From NCBI GenBank assembly GCA_951406725.2, contig OX597814.1, forward strand, positions 63,364,001-63,428,000: a DNA stretch of 64,000 nucleotides, written 5' to 3'. Within the stretch, counting starts at the first letter, position 1, and each line of letters opens with the position of its first letter. This document shows, piece by piece, positions 24,800 to 37,847 of the stretch. Made by a program: the position numbers and the translations under genes. The DNA comes from Octopus vulgaris (taxonomy: Eukaryota). The notes beneath the pieces were generated by a model. That model did not search any database. It was not told where the DNA came from and saw nothing but the letters and a program-made list of their open reading frames with translations.

Positions 24800-27435
24800 T
24801 TAATCAATTCTTTTATTGGCCACAAGGGCTGGTAAAAATTGATTATAACATAAAGGGACAAAACACAGGATGAAAGTTACAAAGGGTTTTTTTCCGTTTG
24901 TAAAAATCAGTGTAAAAAACTGTAACAACGAAAATATTTAACAATGAAAAACTTCCAATAGGGGGAGGCACTTCGAAAGGTTACTCGTGGAAAAAACCAT
25001 AAAAGCCACGGGAGCCTGGGTCAAAGAGGAAAGAGTCTGACCTTAGCCCTTTCAAACGGGTCCACCATACAACCACTTTCGCTACAGCCACTAGGCAAAG
25101 GAAAACTGCCTTGCCCTCCCGGTTAAAGGAGGTCGGCGGGGCAATCTTCACTATGGATTCAGCTGATAGCCGGATCCGTCTTATACGCAACAGTATCTGT
25201 TCGACATATCCCATAGTTCAGCGATACTCGGACACTGGACGTGTGCGTGCAGAACGGTTTCGTCGTCATGGCAGCACCTCGGCCAGGTCCGGCTGACGAC
25301 ACTTCCGTGCCGGTAGAGTTTATCCCGAACAGACAGTGCCCCTCGGTAGCACTGCCAGGCGAGCGACCTCTGGAAATTATCCATTGGCGCCGGTCCGAAA
25401 GTCCTCAAATCGATATCGCTAACGCCTAGATTTTTCCCCGAGAACGTCGACGCACTTTTCTTTCTCTAACCCTCTATAGAATGCTAGAGTGGAACCACTA
25501 CCGATCGCATTGCCCGCTTGGCGTAGGGCGGAGAGAGCTTGACGGCACTCGAGGTGCTAAGCGCCCTTTCTCGGTCTGCGTTTGGTTCAGGATTGCAGCT
25601 CTGTCAAAGAGACGAGCTATGGAATGTCGCGTCTGACAAAAGACGACCACACCTGTTCGTCTGGGAAACGCTTGAGATGCCGTAGCCTGAGCTCATGTCT
25701 GCGCATCAGTAACCACGGCATGCCAAGGCCTCCGTTCAGCGGTCGTTGACAGCAGATGGATCGCCTGACCAGTGGTACCTGGCCCTTCCACAAAAAGTTG
25801 AAGAGCAAGCGCACCAGCTTAGCCAACCAGCGGTTGGGACAAGGGGCGAAGGTCAATCGGTAATAGATGACGGATGCGATGTATGCATTCGCCACCTCTG
25901 CTCGACCTTTCAGGGAGAGCTTCCTCTCGGCCCATTTCTGGGTGAGATTGGCCACCCCGCTCGTCACTTCTTCCCAGTTTTTATCCACCTGGAGGTCCGT
26001 ACCAAACCAGACCCCGAGCAGTTTAACGGGTCCGTCTGTCAAGCGCCCTACGAAGCTGTTGGACGGCATGGACTTGCCTCTCCAGGTGCCCAGTTGCAAA
26101 CCCACGGACTTTTCCGCGTTAATTGTTGCCCCTGTCACCGCTTCGTACTCGTTTAACGTCTCGCCGATCAGGTCAATGTGCCTGTGGCTCGACACCATCA
26201 CGGTGACGTCGTCTGCATAGGGAGACACGCTGTTTCCACCTCCTAGATCGCGCGGGATACCCCTCAAAACCTCAAACTTGCGCAGTAATGGCTCGAGAGT
26301 CAATACGTACAAGAAGGAGGAGAGAGGGCATCCTTGGCGGACCGAACACGAGATGTCAAACGGCTCCGAAAGGTGACCGTTCACCCGTATCACCGAGCAG
26401 ATGTTGCTGTATAAAGCAGCGATCCACCCGCGGAAGACTGGTCCGAAACCGGCTGCCTTGGGAACAGCTGTTAGTATCGATAGTCGACCCTATCGAGGGC
26501 TTTACTCTCATCTAAATTGTTCAAAGCCCCATCCGCACCAGCGTCGTTAACCACCCTCTCTATGATGTAGCGCATGAGATAGAGATTATTGTGTATCGAC
26601 ATGGTCGGCACGGCGCATGTCTGCGCCTCGCCAATCAGCTTGTCCACGACAAGAGCCAATCTCTTGGCTAGCACCTTGGCAAAAATCTTCAACTCTGCAT
26701 TGAGCAGAGTGATGGGCCTAAAGTTCCCTATAATGTCCCCCTTGTTTAGGTCCTTTGTCAGCAAAGCCACCACTCCTCAACAAACAAAAGCAGAAATTCT
26801 CCCGTTTTGCTGCCAGTTGCAGTAGACGTTTGCCAAGAGGCCCGCAGACAAGTCTGGCATTGAAATGTAAAGCTCGTAGGGCAGACCATCCAAACCCGGC
26901 GATCTACCTCTCGTGCAGCTTTTCATCGCTTCTTCCACTTCCCAGGCAGATATCGGCTTTCCGCAGCACTCTGGCTCGCTGTCTGAGAGTTGCGGTAGGC
27001 CGTCCAGGTACACACCAAAGTCTGTACCGTTGTCCGTCCCACCGTTCGTCCCAAACAGTTGAGCAAAGGGCCGCTGAAACACATCACACATCTGCTTCGG
27101 TTCGGAAACCTCGCGCAATTTCTGGTCCACCGAAGACCGAATGCCACGCTTCACCCCCGCCACGCGGGCCCATCGAGCGGTCTTAGTCGCCTCCCCGCTT
27201 AGCAAACGCGCCTTAGCTCTGACAACGCAGCCTTCGTGTTTGGCGTCAAAGTGTTGGTCGAGGGCCAACCTAGCCGCCAACACGTCGGTTGTGATGTCTG
27301 TCTCAAGAGCCTCTTCTAGTTTTCTAACTAAATCCCGCTCTCTTTTCCTACGTTCTACAGCTAGAGCCTTACTAAACCTAATCGACTCTGCTCTAATTGC
27401 TATCTTGAGAGCAAACCAACAGTTGTTGTTGACGT
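24800..27435 (-). mobile_element. 5'-truncated L1/Tx1-clade LINE (RT, disrupted ORF2)
   Basis: ORF pieces contain SPGLDGLPYELY, NFRPITLLNAELKIFAKVLAKRL, SVRQGCPLS, YADDVTV, LSLKGRAEV..GGLGMP and a C-terminal PRC..ETVLH..C. GC-rich relative to flanks; several stops and frameshifts; inserted in (TAA)n. Confidence 0.9.
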
Positions 27436-27457
27436 AATAATAATAATAATAATAATG

Positions 27458-27520
<63 letters not shown>

Positions 27521-27523
<3 letters not shown>

Positions 27524-27775
27524 GCAGAATGGCAGAAATTCAAAAGATAGTGCTCATGGGAACTGCTCAAAATACTTTCTTTGTAATCTCAAGTTTTAAA
27601 ACAAACATAATTTTCGTATGTTTTTTTTAGACATCCACTAGTACAACACTAAGTACAAAACCAAATATATGGCACCCTAGGCATAACACCAACATGAACT
27701 TCCAACTTGTTGTCTCTTGAGGTCTCTGGGTGAGACTTGGAGCCAGCTTGTGCATATGTAAAGCAAAAGTCAAAA

Positions 27776-27778
<3 letters not shown>
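27521..27778 (+). mobile_element. 3' tip of a Dong/R4-like element
   Basis: MAEIQKIVLMGTA matches the C-terminal IQKIALLGT motif of the neighbouring copies; sits between (TAA)n tracts. Confidence 0.55.
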
Positions 27779-27839
<61 letters not shown>

Positions 27840-27933
27840 TAGAAGAAGAAGTAGTAGAAGAAGAAGAAGAAGAAGAAGAAGAAGAAGAAGAAGAAGAAGA
27901 AGAAGAAGAAGAAGAAGAAGAAGAAGAAGAAGA
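27779..27933. repeat. (TAA)n followed by (GAA)n microsatellite
   Basis: Direct reading. Many similar (TA)n, (CA)n, (TATC)n and (TTC)n tracts occur, e.g. 41385-41505, 42227-42325, 50750-51120, 56490-56860, 59570-59930. Confidence 0.95.
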
Positions 27934-27939
27934 AAAGAT

Positions 27940-28372
27940 GAAGTAGAACAAGAATGAGGATCGCAAAATCCTGTGGGATGCAATGATTCAGTGTGATCAT
28001 CAGATTAGACATCGGAAACCTGACATTGTTGTGGTGAACAGAAAAGGAAAAGCATGCTTCGTAATCGACACACCATATTCTAGTGACAACAAAATCGAAA
28101 AAAGAATGAAAAAGCAAACAACTATTATGATTTGAAGTGTGCAATGAAGAGAGTGGACGTGACACCACTAGTGATTGGCGCGCTAACGTAGTTCAAAAAG
28201 ATTGGTACAAATGTAAGGATAGAACACCCACAAAAATCATCATTGTTTGAACTGCGAAAGTTTTGTGCAGGGTTCTTGAAGAATGGTGAATAAATAAGTG
28301 TCACCTTTGTTTACTGGCTGTCAACAGATGACAATTTCCATCATATCCAGCTTGCTGAGAGTTTTCATGAAA
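27940..28372 (+). mobile_element. Decayed Dong/R4-like REL fragment, another subfamily
   Basis: NEDRKILWDAMIQCDHQIRHRKPDIVVVNRKGKACFVID, followed by frameshifted KYYDLK-like and PLVIGAL-like motifs. Confidence 0.7.
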
Positions 28373-28443
<71 letters not shown>

Positions 28444-29664
28444 ATAATAATAATAATAATAATAATAATTAACAAAGATACAAATCCAATAATTTTGAGT
28501 GTCGTCTAATTGATTAATCGATCACCATACATGACGGGTATTTTATATTATAGAAACTAAGTTGACTTTGTAGGATTAAAGCTCATGACGTAAGGAGCTG
28601 GAACATAAAATATACAATTCGACGGCTGTCAATGTTTCAGACAAGGAAACATAATTTTGAGTGAGCATATCTGCTGGTACGAGTGGAATTCTGAGTATAT
28701 TTGCATCTCTTTCGGTATATCCTATACGAGTATTATTGATATACACTTTTTAACAACCATCTTGTGGCATGGTATAGTTGCACTGATTTAAACTACACAG
28801 TAGGGTTATTTGTTAAACTTTGTGTGGCAGCAAACACACAGAATACAACGAATTTAAATATTTTGCTGGATTGTAAACTATTTCTTTAAGAACTATAGAG
28901 TCTATTTACTTTTAGCGTTGTACTATTTTCTCGAAGTGGCTGTAAAGGCTACCAATTTTTGCAGTTTCTCAGACACTACTTTTTGTATAGCTACTTGCAG
29001 GTTAATTGATAATATTACAGCTTAATTAAGCATTTCGATGTATAAAATATCTCCTGTCTTCACGCCAGCACTTGTTTGGGTTGGATCTTTCGTGTCACTA
29101 CTCTCAGATAAAAGTTTTCCCTCTCTAGCTCATACATGTTTGTCAAAACAGAATGACGGTCATTTTTGTAGATAGTTTTCTTATATTTGATCGAAAGTAA
29201 TGATAATTTAATGCAACTGCTAATTTCAACGACTTTTGTTCTATTTGGGATTATTAGCAGTGCATGACATTGCCATTTCTTACCATCCGATTTCAGATCA
29301 TTTGTCATGCAAGTCCCGTAATATCCTATCTAATACGCTTTAATTAATTTTGGGCTGTAGAGGATTCCAAGCCGAATCTCTAGGCAGCCGAGTAAATATC
29401 ACGGCGAAGCCACAGTAGTTTCTCTTAATCGACCGATTAAGCGACCTATTAGCGTTAAGCATGATTTGTTTTTCTAGACCTGATAATGTGGAAGCTTATT
29501 CTCCCACTTACCTCTCTTCTATTACCCCTGAGTTGAAGTTAGAATTCAGACTTTATCTGATAAACTCGAACAGTTGCAATTCTCAATATATTCAACCCGC
29601 TAGAATTCTCGTGGCCAAGGGAATTTCTAGGAAGTGTAGAAAGGCCTACAATGTTTTGTTAGGT

Positions 29665-30037
29665 GGAGGCGCAATGGCCCAGTGGTTAGGTCAGCGGACT
29701 CGCGGTCATAGGATCGCGGTTTCGATTCCCAGACCGGGCGTTGTGAGTGTTTATTGAGCGAAAACACCTAAAGCTCCACGAGTCTCCGGCAGGGGATGGT
29801 GGTGATCCTTGCTGTACTCTTTCACCACAACTTTCTCTCACTCTTACTTCCTGTTTCTGATGTACCTGTATTTCAAAGGGCCGGCCTTGTCACGCTGAAT
29901 ATCCCCGAGAACTACGTTAAGGGTACACGTGTCTGTGGAGTGCTCAGCCACTTACACGTTAATTTCACGAGCAGGCTGTTCCGTTGATTCGGATCAACCG
30001 GAACCCTCGTCGTCGTAACCGACGGAGTGCTTCCCCC
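29665..30037 (+). mobile_element. Full-length tRNA-derived SINE with target-site duplication
   Basis: A box TGGCCCAGTGG, B box GGTTTCGATTCC. TSD acaatgttttgtt(a)ggt at 29648-29664 and 30038-30053. Tail-only relatives at about 22590-22710 (+) and 39597-39775 (-). Confidence 0.88.
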
Positions 30038-32712
30038 ACAATGTTTTGTTGGTATCATAATCGTTTTTCGGTTAATGTCCACAACTTTATTCAACCGTAT
30101 CCTTTCAAATCATCTGTCCAACGGCAGGAAAGAGCCGTCGCCAGGGATTAAGTGCAAGTACATCGCTGGGGGCGGGGAGGGGGGTTATTTCGATATGTCA
30201 CATATTCCAGCCTATGACACGATTTCAAAACATCGATTCCTATCTGATACACGAGAAGCTTGCAACATTAGGCCCGTGAAATTCTTAAGCGATTTGTGGA
30301 AACCATCATCTATTATATTACAAGCTATTAAGCGTTATCTTACTTCTACTTTCGGTGAAAAATCTGACATTGGGTCTTAATTTGAGGCGTCAGTTCAAAT
30401 GGTTCTTTATAATTGCCAAACTTCCGTATCCTAACCTTGGTACCGACTTTCTGCATCATTTTGATCTTCTTGTAGATTTGAAATAAAGGCGAATGATAAA
30501 TTCAGAAATGGAATTTTCTACGTAGAGGTAGTAAGCTAAGTCTCTCGGCAGTTTGACCTACGAAAAGCTCTTGGTTAGGTTGCATATGACTGAATACCAT
30601 TCTCTAGCGATCCTAGTATAAAGCATGCTTCTCACTCAAAATAAGTGGATTTATTTTGCCATTCACTATTTGAAAATCTTGAAATATTCTATGGAGAAGT
30701 TATTGAAAGAAGCCTTATTATTTCTACTAAGGGTACTGTGAAGCATATTTTCACCTGGCCTTCAACGAAGAAATCGTACATCCTTTATCCGCATTAATTA
30801 TTATTTGATATTTAATAGGATGGAACCTCATGATGTAAACTTTTTCTGCATATGGATCATGCTGCTATAGTTAGAAGAAAGTTGTCAATTTTACATCGAA
30901 AAGACATGAAACTTACAACTGTAAGCTGTAAGCTATTACAACGTCGGTATTTATTTGATTCTACTGTATTGCAGAAATAAGAACTGATTTTACATTAAAT
31001 GACTCGGTGAGGAGTGGGAGAAGGTAGAGAACTATTGTCCTCTCATTTTGCTCTCTCTAACCAATGATTAGGATATCTTTGTCTTCTTTAAAACGGATAG
31101 CTCTCTTCAGTTGTTTGTGCCTCGTTGCTAAATGGTCTTGAAAAACCTTTCTTGCATTTGTTAGCTTCCACGCAAGTGACCTTCATTTGAGACGGTGACA
31201 GGAGCCATGAAACACCTTGGTTTCAACAATACTTTCAACAAACACTTTCTCCCTCTGTGCATCTAAATTCTCTGCAGATATGACAAGACCAATCTATTAC
31301 AAGTGAATCTTAATTATAAACTACATCCGAATTATTCATATGGTAAACTATAGTTTTCTTCTGCACTGTTGATAGAAGCAGAAGTTGTAACTAATTTCTT
31401 ATAAACGAAACTGAAATTAACTGTTAACGAGTTTTGAGCTTGTGCTCGCAAAATGCATATTATTGCTTAATATAAATCAGCTATTACGTTATAAATGCCA
31501 GTAACCTTGCAGTCAATTTTCTGCTGATTCTGTGAATTTAGATTCTAGAGGAGAAGAGTAAGTAGGCAAACAAAAGGTGTGTTGATAGTATGAGAAAAGA
31601 AAGTATATGAGAAAAAGAGAAAAAGTAAAGAGGTAAGAGAACATAAAATGAGAGTTATAACTTGTTATACAACGAATGAGAAAAAGGAAAAAAAATTAAT
31701 TAGGTCACAAAGCTTTCAGTCAGAAGAAAGAGAATTAGAATCGTATAACCAACGATTCAGCTATGTAGTAGCTGATAAGAGCAAAGTCTGATGGATATTC
31801 AGGCGGATAAACACATGCGCGCGCGCACTCACACACACACAAACACACACGTACATGTAAGTGCACATAGTATTTCTAAAAACGAATTCATCATGTTTAA
31901 TCGCTTTGCAACAATAAGATTACCACATATTTTGACTTTAGTTCTCTTGTACGTAACAATTACCATATAGCCTGACTGAAATCCCTACTTTGTAAAAGAG
32001 TTAATATGGTCTACTGAGCATTTTACCAAAAAAGCAGTTAGGTATTATATTCTTTCGCCCTAATCAGCACTCTTTCCGCTATAATAGTATTAAATAACAG
32101 TATGTAATATAGAAAATATATTACATAATATAGAATTCGAAATCTTTTATAGAAGATGACATCAATCTATGTAACAATAAAACTTATGCATGATATTGGA
32201 ATACATGCATTCCTAAAGATGTGAGAGTCTGTCTGTTTTACAATATTAAGATTGTTGTTCGACAGAAAATATCGTTTATCAATAGTTAAATCACTGACAC
32301 AATCGAAGTTGCTCATTACATAAATTAAGTGCGAAGCAATTGCTGAAACAAGAAAATAACAATATTTATTGGGACCAATTTTCAAAGGTCTATCTTTCGT
32401 CTGTGGTTGTCTGGGGCTTCAATTAGGAAGGTCGGCCGAAATTGATGGGATGTGCGTGACCGAAACCACACTATAAACGTAGAAGTGAGCACCAGGTTCC
32501 AAGATAATTGAATCTTCACGAAACTGTATTGCAGAGTCCAAACAGAAAGGTGACACATCGCACTCAAACAGTTCTACTGCAAGTGAACATTACTGTATAT
32601 TCTACGGCAAATAATTTTCTGCTAAATATTCGCAACTTATAAACAACACATTACCTGCTTCCTTTGTCTATTTGTAGAAGCTTGGTCATTATCATATCTG
32701 ATGAATAAACCA

Positions 32713-32746
<34 letters not shown>

Positions 32747-32920
32747 CCACACGCACACACACATGTACACACACACTTATATATGTATCTATCTAACTAT
32801 CTATCTATCTGTCTGTCTGTCTCTTTGTCTGTCTATCTATCTATCTATCTATCTATCAATATATATATATATATATATATATATAATTGATCAAAATAAA
32901 AACATGATGCCAAGGATTCA

Positions 32921-32998
32921 GCGGTACATATGTTTCGGGCCTTTATTAGATAGATTTATAACAATGCATAATGTATGTCTGTGGCCTTCTTCAGCCGC
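32921..32998 (-). ncRNA. Minimal type I hammerhead ribozyme motif (Penelope-type)
   Basis: Minus strand reads GCGG CUGAAGA A GGCC..loop..GGCC C GAAA CAUAUG UA CCGC. Perfect 4-bp stem I, palindromic stem III ACAUAUGU. Confidence 0.8.
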
Positions 32999-34091
32999 GC
33001 ACAACAGCTTCCACAAGGACATGTGTTACATCAAAAATTCTTGGTTGGGGATGCAAATCCTCTCATTCGCGTACGACATAATTCGGCAACAGCATAGAAT
33101 TGAAGCGTCCATCTCTTTCTTCTCTCAATGTAGAATGAGGAAATTTGGATGTTGAAGTAATGTAAATAAATTAATAAATAAATACATATATAGACGTGAA
33201 GGAACCTGGTAATAAGAGTAAATAGGAGTAAAGATGGAGGGGCGAGAATTCAGAACGAAGGATAAAAAATATATAAAAAGTGTAAGTATAGAAAAATATA
33301 AAAATGTAAAGTATAAAGATATAAAGAGATATAAGGAGATATAAAGGGGATATAAAGAATATAAAAAAATATAAATGAATATAAAGGCATAAGTTTATAA
33401 AGTAAAAATAGAAATAGAAATAAAAGTAAAGAAATAAAAATAGGAATAAAAATGATAAAAATGTAAAAAAATATAAAAATATAAAGATAAGGGATGTATA
33501 GAGGTTACGGACCAAACATGGTGGTCAGGAAATTGACAAAATTTAGTTGTAGAAGCTTTGGGTGTCAATAAATCAACAGGGTCGTATATATATATATATG
33601 TAGTTTTATCATGGCTACCGAATAATTGTCACATATCACATTTACAGATAAATTCCTCTATTTACGTAATATCGAGGTCTCTTTCTCTCTTTTGCTGTCT
33701 TACCAATTTTATCAATATATTAATTATTATATTATTAATTTATTAATTTTTAGGCACGAAAATACTTATCTTACTACAGAAACCCGCGATATATGCTGAG
33801 GAGTCTGCTATAGCTGAACCGCGATGAGATAATCACCTAGCGAGTTCCCCTTAAAAACGAGGCTTTTCCCCACTCCATATTTTAAAGAGTTATCAGGCCA
33901 GCAGTGCTTTGGGTCTGAAGGCACGCCGTAAGGCTAAAACCCTTCCGAACGAGAAACACAGGGTAACCCCATAAACCGTCCTACCCCACTATAATATTAA
34001 CTGCTCTATATTTTAGAGTGTGCTTCTCCTCCGGATTTAAGTATTTCTACAAACGATCCACATACACACACACACACACACACGCACACAC

Positions 34092-34169
<78 letters not shown>

Positions 34170-35548
34170 GCATTTATTCATACATACATGGGAGCATGCG
34201 GGCATACATTAGTACAGACTCCTACACCCACATAGGCAGAACCATGCATTAACTCAATGGGTTCAAAATGCTACTACAGCGACATTCGCTGAGGCTTTAA
34301 TATTAGTGAATGTTCGAAAATGTTTTCAAATATTATGTGAAATCATACCGGAAAAACGTTCATATTAATGATTTTTTTAATAAATAAATTTAAGTATGCG
34401 TTAATTTGTAAAGTAACTACTGTTGGAAATCATGTTTTTAATTTCTTGCCTTTCTAGAAAGCGTGATTATATAAATCTTTCCTCGTTCTTTCAAAATCAT
34501 TGCATGACATCAAAGGGATGCTATTCTCAAACTATTCGTAATTCCGCTGGAACACATCGAAGGTCAATTAGGTTACTGTTTAAATGGACGTCGTTTAGCT
34601 TTCTGAGTAAAGGCTGCTAACAATTCTGTTCTCTCATCCAATTGATTTCTATTTTGGAATGGAATCCTTATTTTCTCGCTTAAACAGCATCACGCTCTAA
34701 TTTGGATCTGAGTTTAACATTACTATGGCTTTATGCCAAACCGAGCAAGTAATCTTGAATTTCGATGGAGATGTCTCATTAAGAACAATGCTAATATTGA
34801 CATCGTAGCTATTTATAAAGACTGTCAAATGAATATTTATAATTATGGTATCAATTTCTAATTATCAACTTGGCATTTTCAGTAGTATATATTTTTCCTT
34901 CATGCTGCTTTTGGCTTCAACTTTTGCGATATAAACTACCGAATTTCCCAACCAAAAATAACCCACAAGGCAATTTTCACAAAAAAATCTACATTTGCTT
35001 GATTGACTTTTACCTAAAGCTTATTTATCTGTTTCATATGGTAGTGCATTATGGTAAAACTATCAAAATATTTACACGCTAAATTGTTAACATTAAGGAC
35101 AGTGTTTTGCGTGTGTGCTTTCATATAATGCATGAACATATGTTCAAATAGTCCAGGATTGAAGAGGCAACAGCTGCAGATTGTCAACTGCAAGAGTGAT
35201 GAGTAAACATCCAAAGTACTGATATTTGGGACCATTCAGTACAAATTTACTGAAGAATATTCTAGCGTTAAATATTGAATTCTGTAATTCATCGCTACTT
35301 GCTTAATCAATAGATATTACATACATACACATATATGTATGTATGCAGAATAATATATACTTATATGCACACAAAAGATTCGTGCATGCATGCAAAGGTA
35401 CTTGAACATGCAGCACGAAGTTTAGTCAATGAACAGATCGCAGTTTCAAACGAAAATATTTTGACACAAATTAAATTTAAATGTTGAAGTGAATATAAAT
35501 TGTGTGTTCTTAAAATGGCTTATAAACATCTTCCACACTGCAATTGCT

Positions 35549-35582
<34 letters not shown>

Positions 35583-35696
35583 CCTGCTTGCTTAGCCAGC
35601 GGGGTGGCGTCATTTGAAGGCTAAAACAATGCGAAGCGCATTGTGACCAGCGATGTGTAGCAACATCTGATAGTCTGGTCGGTCAAAGTGATCGCG

Positions 35697-35760
<64 letters not shown>

Positions 35761-35764
35761 GGAT

Positions 35765-35919
35765 CAGGCGTGGGTGTGTGTTAAGAAGCTTGTTTCCCAA
35801 CCACATGGTTCCGGGTTCAGTCCCACTACATGGCACCATGAGCAAGTGTCTTCTACTATAGCTTCGCGCCGACCAAATCCTTGCGAGTGGATTTGGTTGA
35901 CGAAAGCTAAAAGAAGATC

Positions 35920-35956
<37 letters not shown>

Positions 35957-36145
35957 CCCCACCATCGCTTGAAAATCGACGTCGGTGTGTGTACGACGCC
36001 GTAACATAGCGATTTGGAAAAAGAGACCGATAGAATAAGTACTAGGTTTACGAAGTATATGTCCCAGGGTCGATTTCTTCGACTAAAGGCGGTGATGCAG
36101 CATGGCCGTAGTCAAATGACTGATACAAGTAAAAGAATAAAAGAA
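35765..36145 (+). mobile_element. tRNA-derived SINE, second family (other copies approx. 15195-15500 +, 36770-37140 +, 45180-45530 -, 56150-56480 -, 59155-59545 -)
   Basis: Recurrent TGTGTGGTAAGAAGCTTGCTTCCCAACCACATGGTTCCGGGTTCAGTCCCACT..GGCAAGTGTCTTCTACTATAGC..GACCAAAGCC head, with an internal (TA)n. Confidence 0.8.
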
Positions 36146-37760
36146 TATATATACATGCACTATGCGCATGCCTGGTGGTTAGGGTACTGCACTCACGATT
36201 CCCATGTCGTGGATTCGATTCCCAGACGGAGCGATACGTTGTGTTCTTCGGCTTCATTTCACATTCTACTCCAGTCAGCTGTAAATGGATAACACTGCAA
36301 CGAACTAGTTTTATGATCAATTGGAATGCTGGCTTTCTCTTCTAGCCAGTGATGTGGCATCTTTCGAAAGCAAAAACGATGCGAAGCAACGGTGTATAAC
36401 AACATCTGGTAGTCTGATTGATCACGTAATCACATAAAATAAACTTACATGCATGACTGTATGTCTGTCAGCCTGCATGCATATATGTATGTATGTATGT
36501 ATGTATGTCTGTCATATATGTATGTATGTATGTATGTATGTCTGTCTAACCCAAATGGGTTAATGTTTTTTGTAAATGTAGCGAATCGTTCTTGATGCTC
36601 GTAGTTACTCAGGCTGCGAAAAGTGTAAATTTTTTTTGCGTTCATCCTCTGAGGAAGTTTCCGTTGTTATTGTATTTAATGATTTAGAATAGCTATAACC
36701 ACACTGTAAGCCAAATATATGAGCATAATACAGTTTTTCTTGCAGTCATTTTACACAAAATAATCATTCTGTGTGGTAAGAAGTTTGCTTCACAACCATA
36801 TGGTTCCGGGTTCAATCTCGGTACGTGGCACTTTGTGCAAGTATCTTCTAGTATAAACGCAGGCCGACCAAAGCATTGTGAGTGAATTTGGTGGGCGGAA
36901 AAATAAAGAAGCCTGTCATATAAATCTGTATAACTATGGTTGTGTGTACTTCTGTTTGTCTTCCACCACCGCTTGACAACAAGTGTTCATGCGTTTTCGC
37001 TTCTGTAACATAGCGGTTCGGCAAGAGAGTCCGATAAAATAGGAGCTATCCTTTAAAAGAAGTAAGCCCTAGTGTCAATTCGTTCTACTAAAATATTATT
37101 CAAGGCATTGTCCCAACATGGCCGTAATAAAAAATGAATGATAAAAGATAGGAATTTATGAACAGCAACGACGTTGGTGACACATTGCAATGGACAGTTC
37201 ACAGTTTCACTACCTTTACAACGGTGATATTCATATTTGTGTATGTGTTAAAGTTAGGCGGAATGCAATGGGAACACATACGTAATGCATTGAGTCTTGA
37301 AGTAAACTTTGTATCCGCCCTCGATAATTTCAGTTTATCTCATATAGAGTATTAAGAGATACTTAATAAAAGCAGGACATCATGTCTACCATTATATTAG
37401 GATAAAGTCTTGTATTTACGCAAGAAAACATTTCAGATCTTGTTGAATGCTCTGGTTGAGTTGAAATAATTCTGTCAAGAACCTAGATTGCAATTTAACG
37501 TTTATTGACATCATGCAGCTTAAATTAGTTAACAAATCAAATAATCTTCAAATAATTCTCTTCATTAAGTTTTAATAATCAAGATCGTTTCATTATCTAA
37601 TAAAAATATAAACTATTATTGAAGAATAAATTACAATACAGTCGATATGAAGCATGACGATACGATATAAAAAATTTGATACAACTAATTTAGCATCTTG
37701 TATTATAATATATGTCTGTCTATCTAAATTGATCAATTACCTGTTTTTTTTCTCTCAAAG

Positions 37761-37847
37761 GGATGAATATATTTGTTGCCTTCTTCGTATTGCTATTATT
37801 ATTAGCAGAGTCAACACCACCTGCAGCCTCAGCAATTCCACTAATTG
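37761..37847 (+). CDS. nAChR exon (87 nt): M2 and M2-M3 loop
   Basis: ttttttctctcaaag|GG ATG AAT...ATT G|gtaagt. Encodes (G)MNIFVAFFVLLLLLAESTPPAASAIPLI(G); phase matches both neighbours. Confidence 0.95.

Noticed and set aside
29665-29740. tRNA gene
   Set aside because: A and B boxes continue into a SINE body with a TSD; no complete cloverleaf or oligo-T terminator.
33790-33975. Hammerhead at CUGAGGA..GAAACACAGGGUA
   Set aside because: No supporting stem I or stem II.
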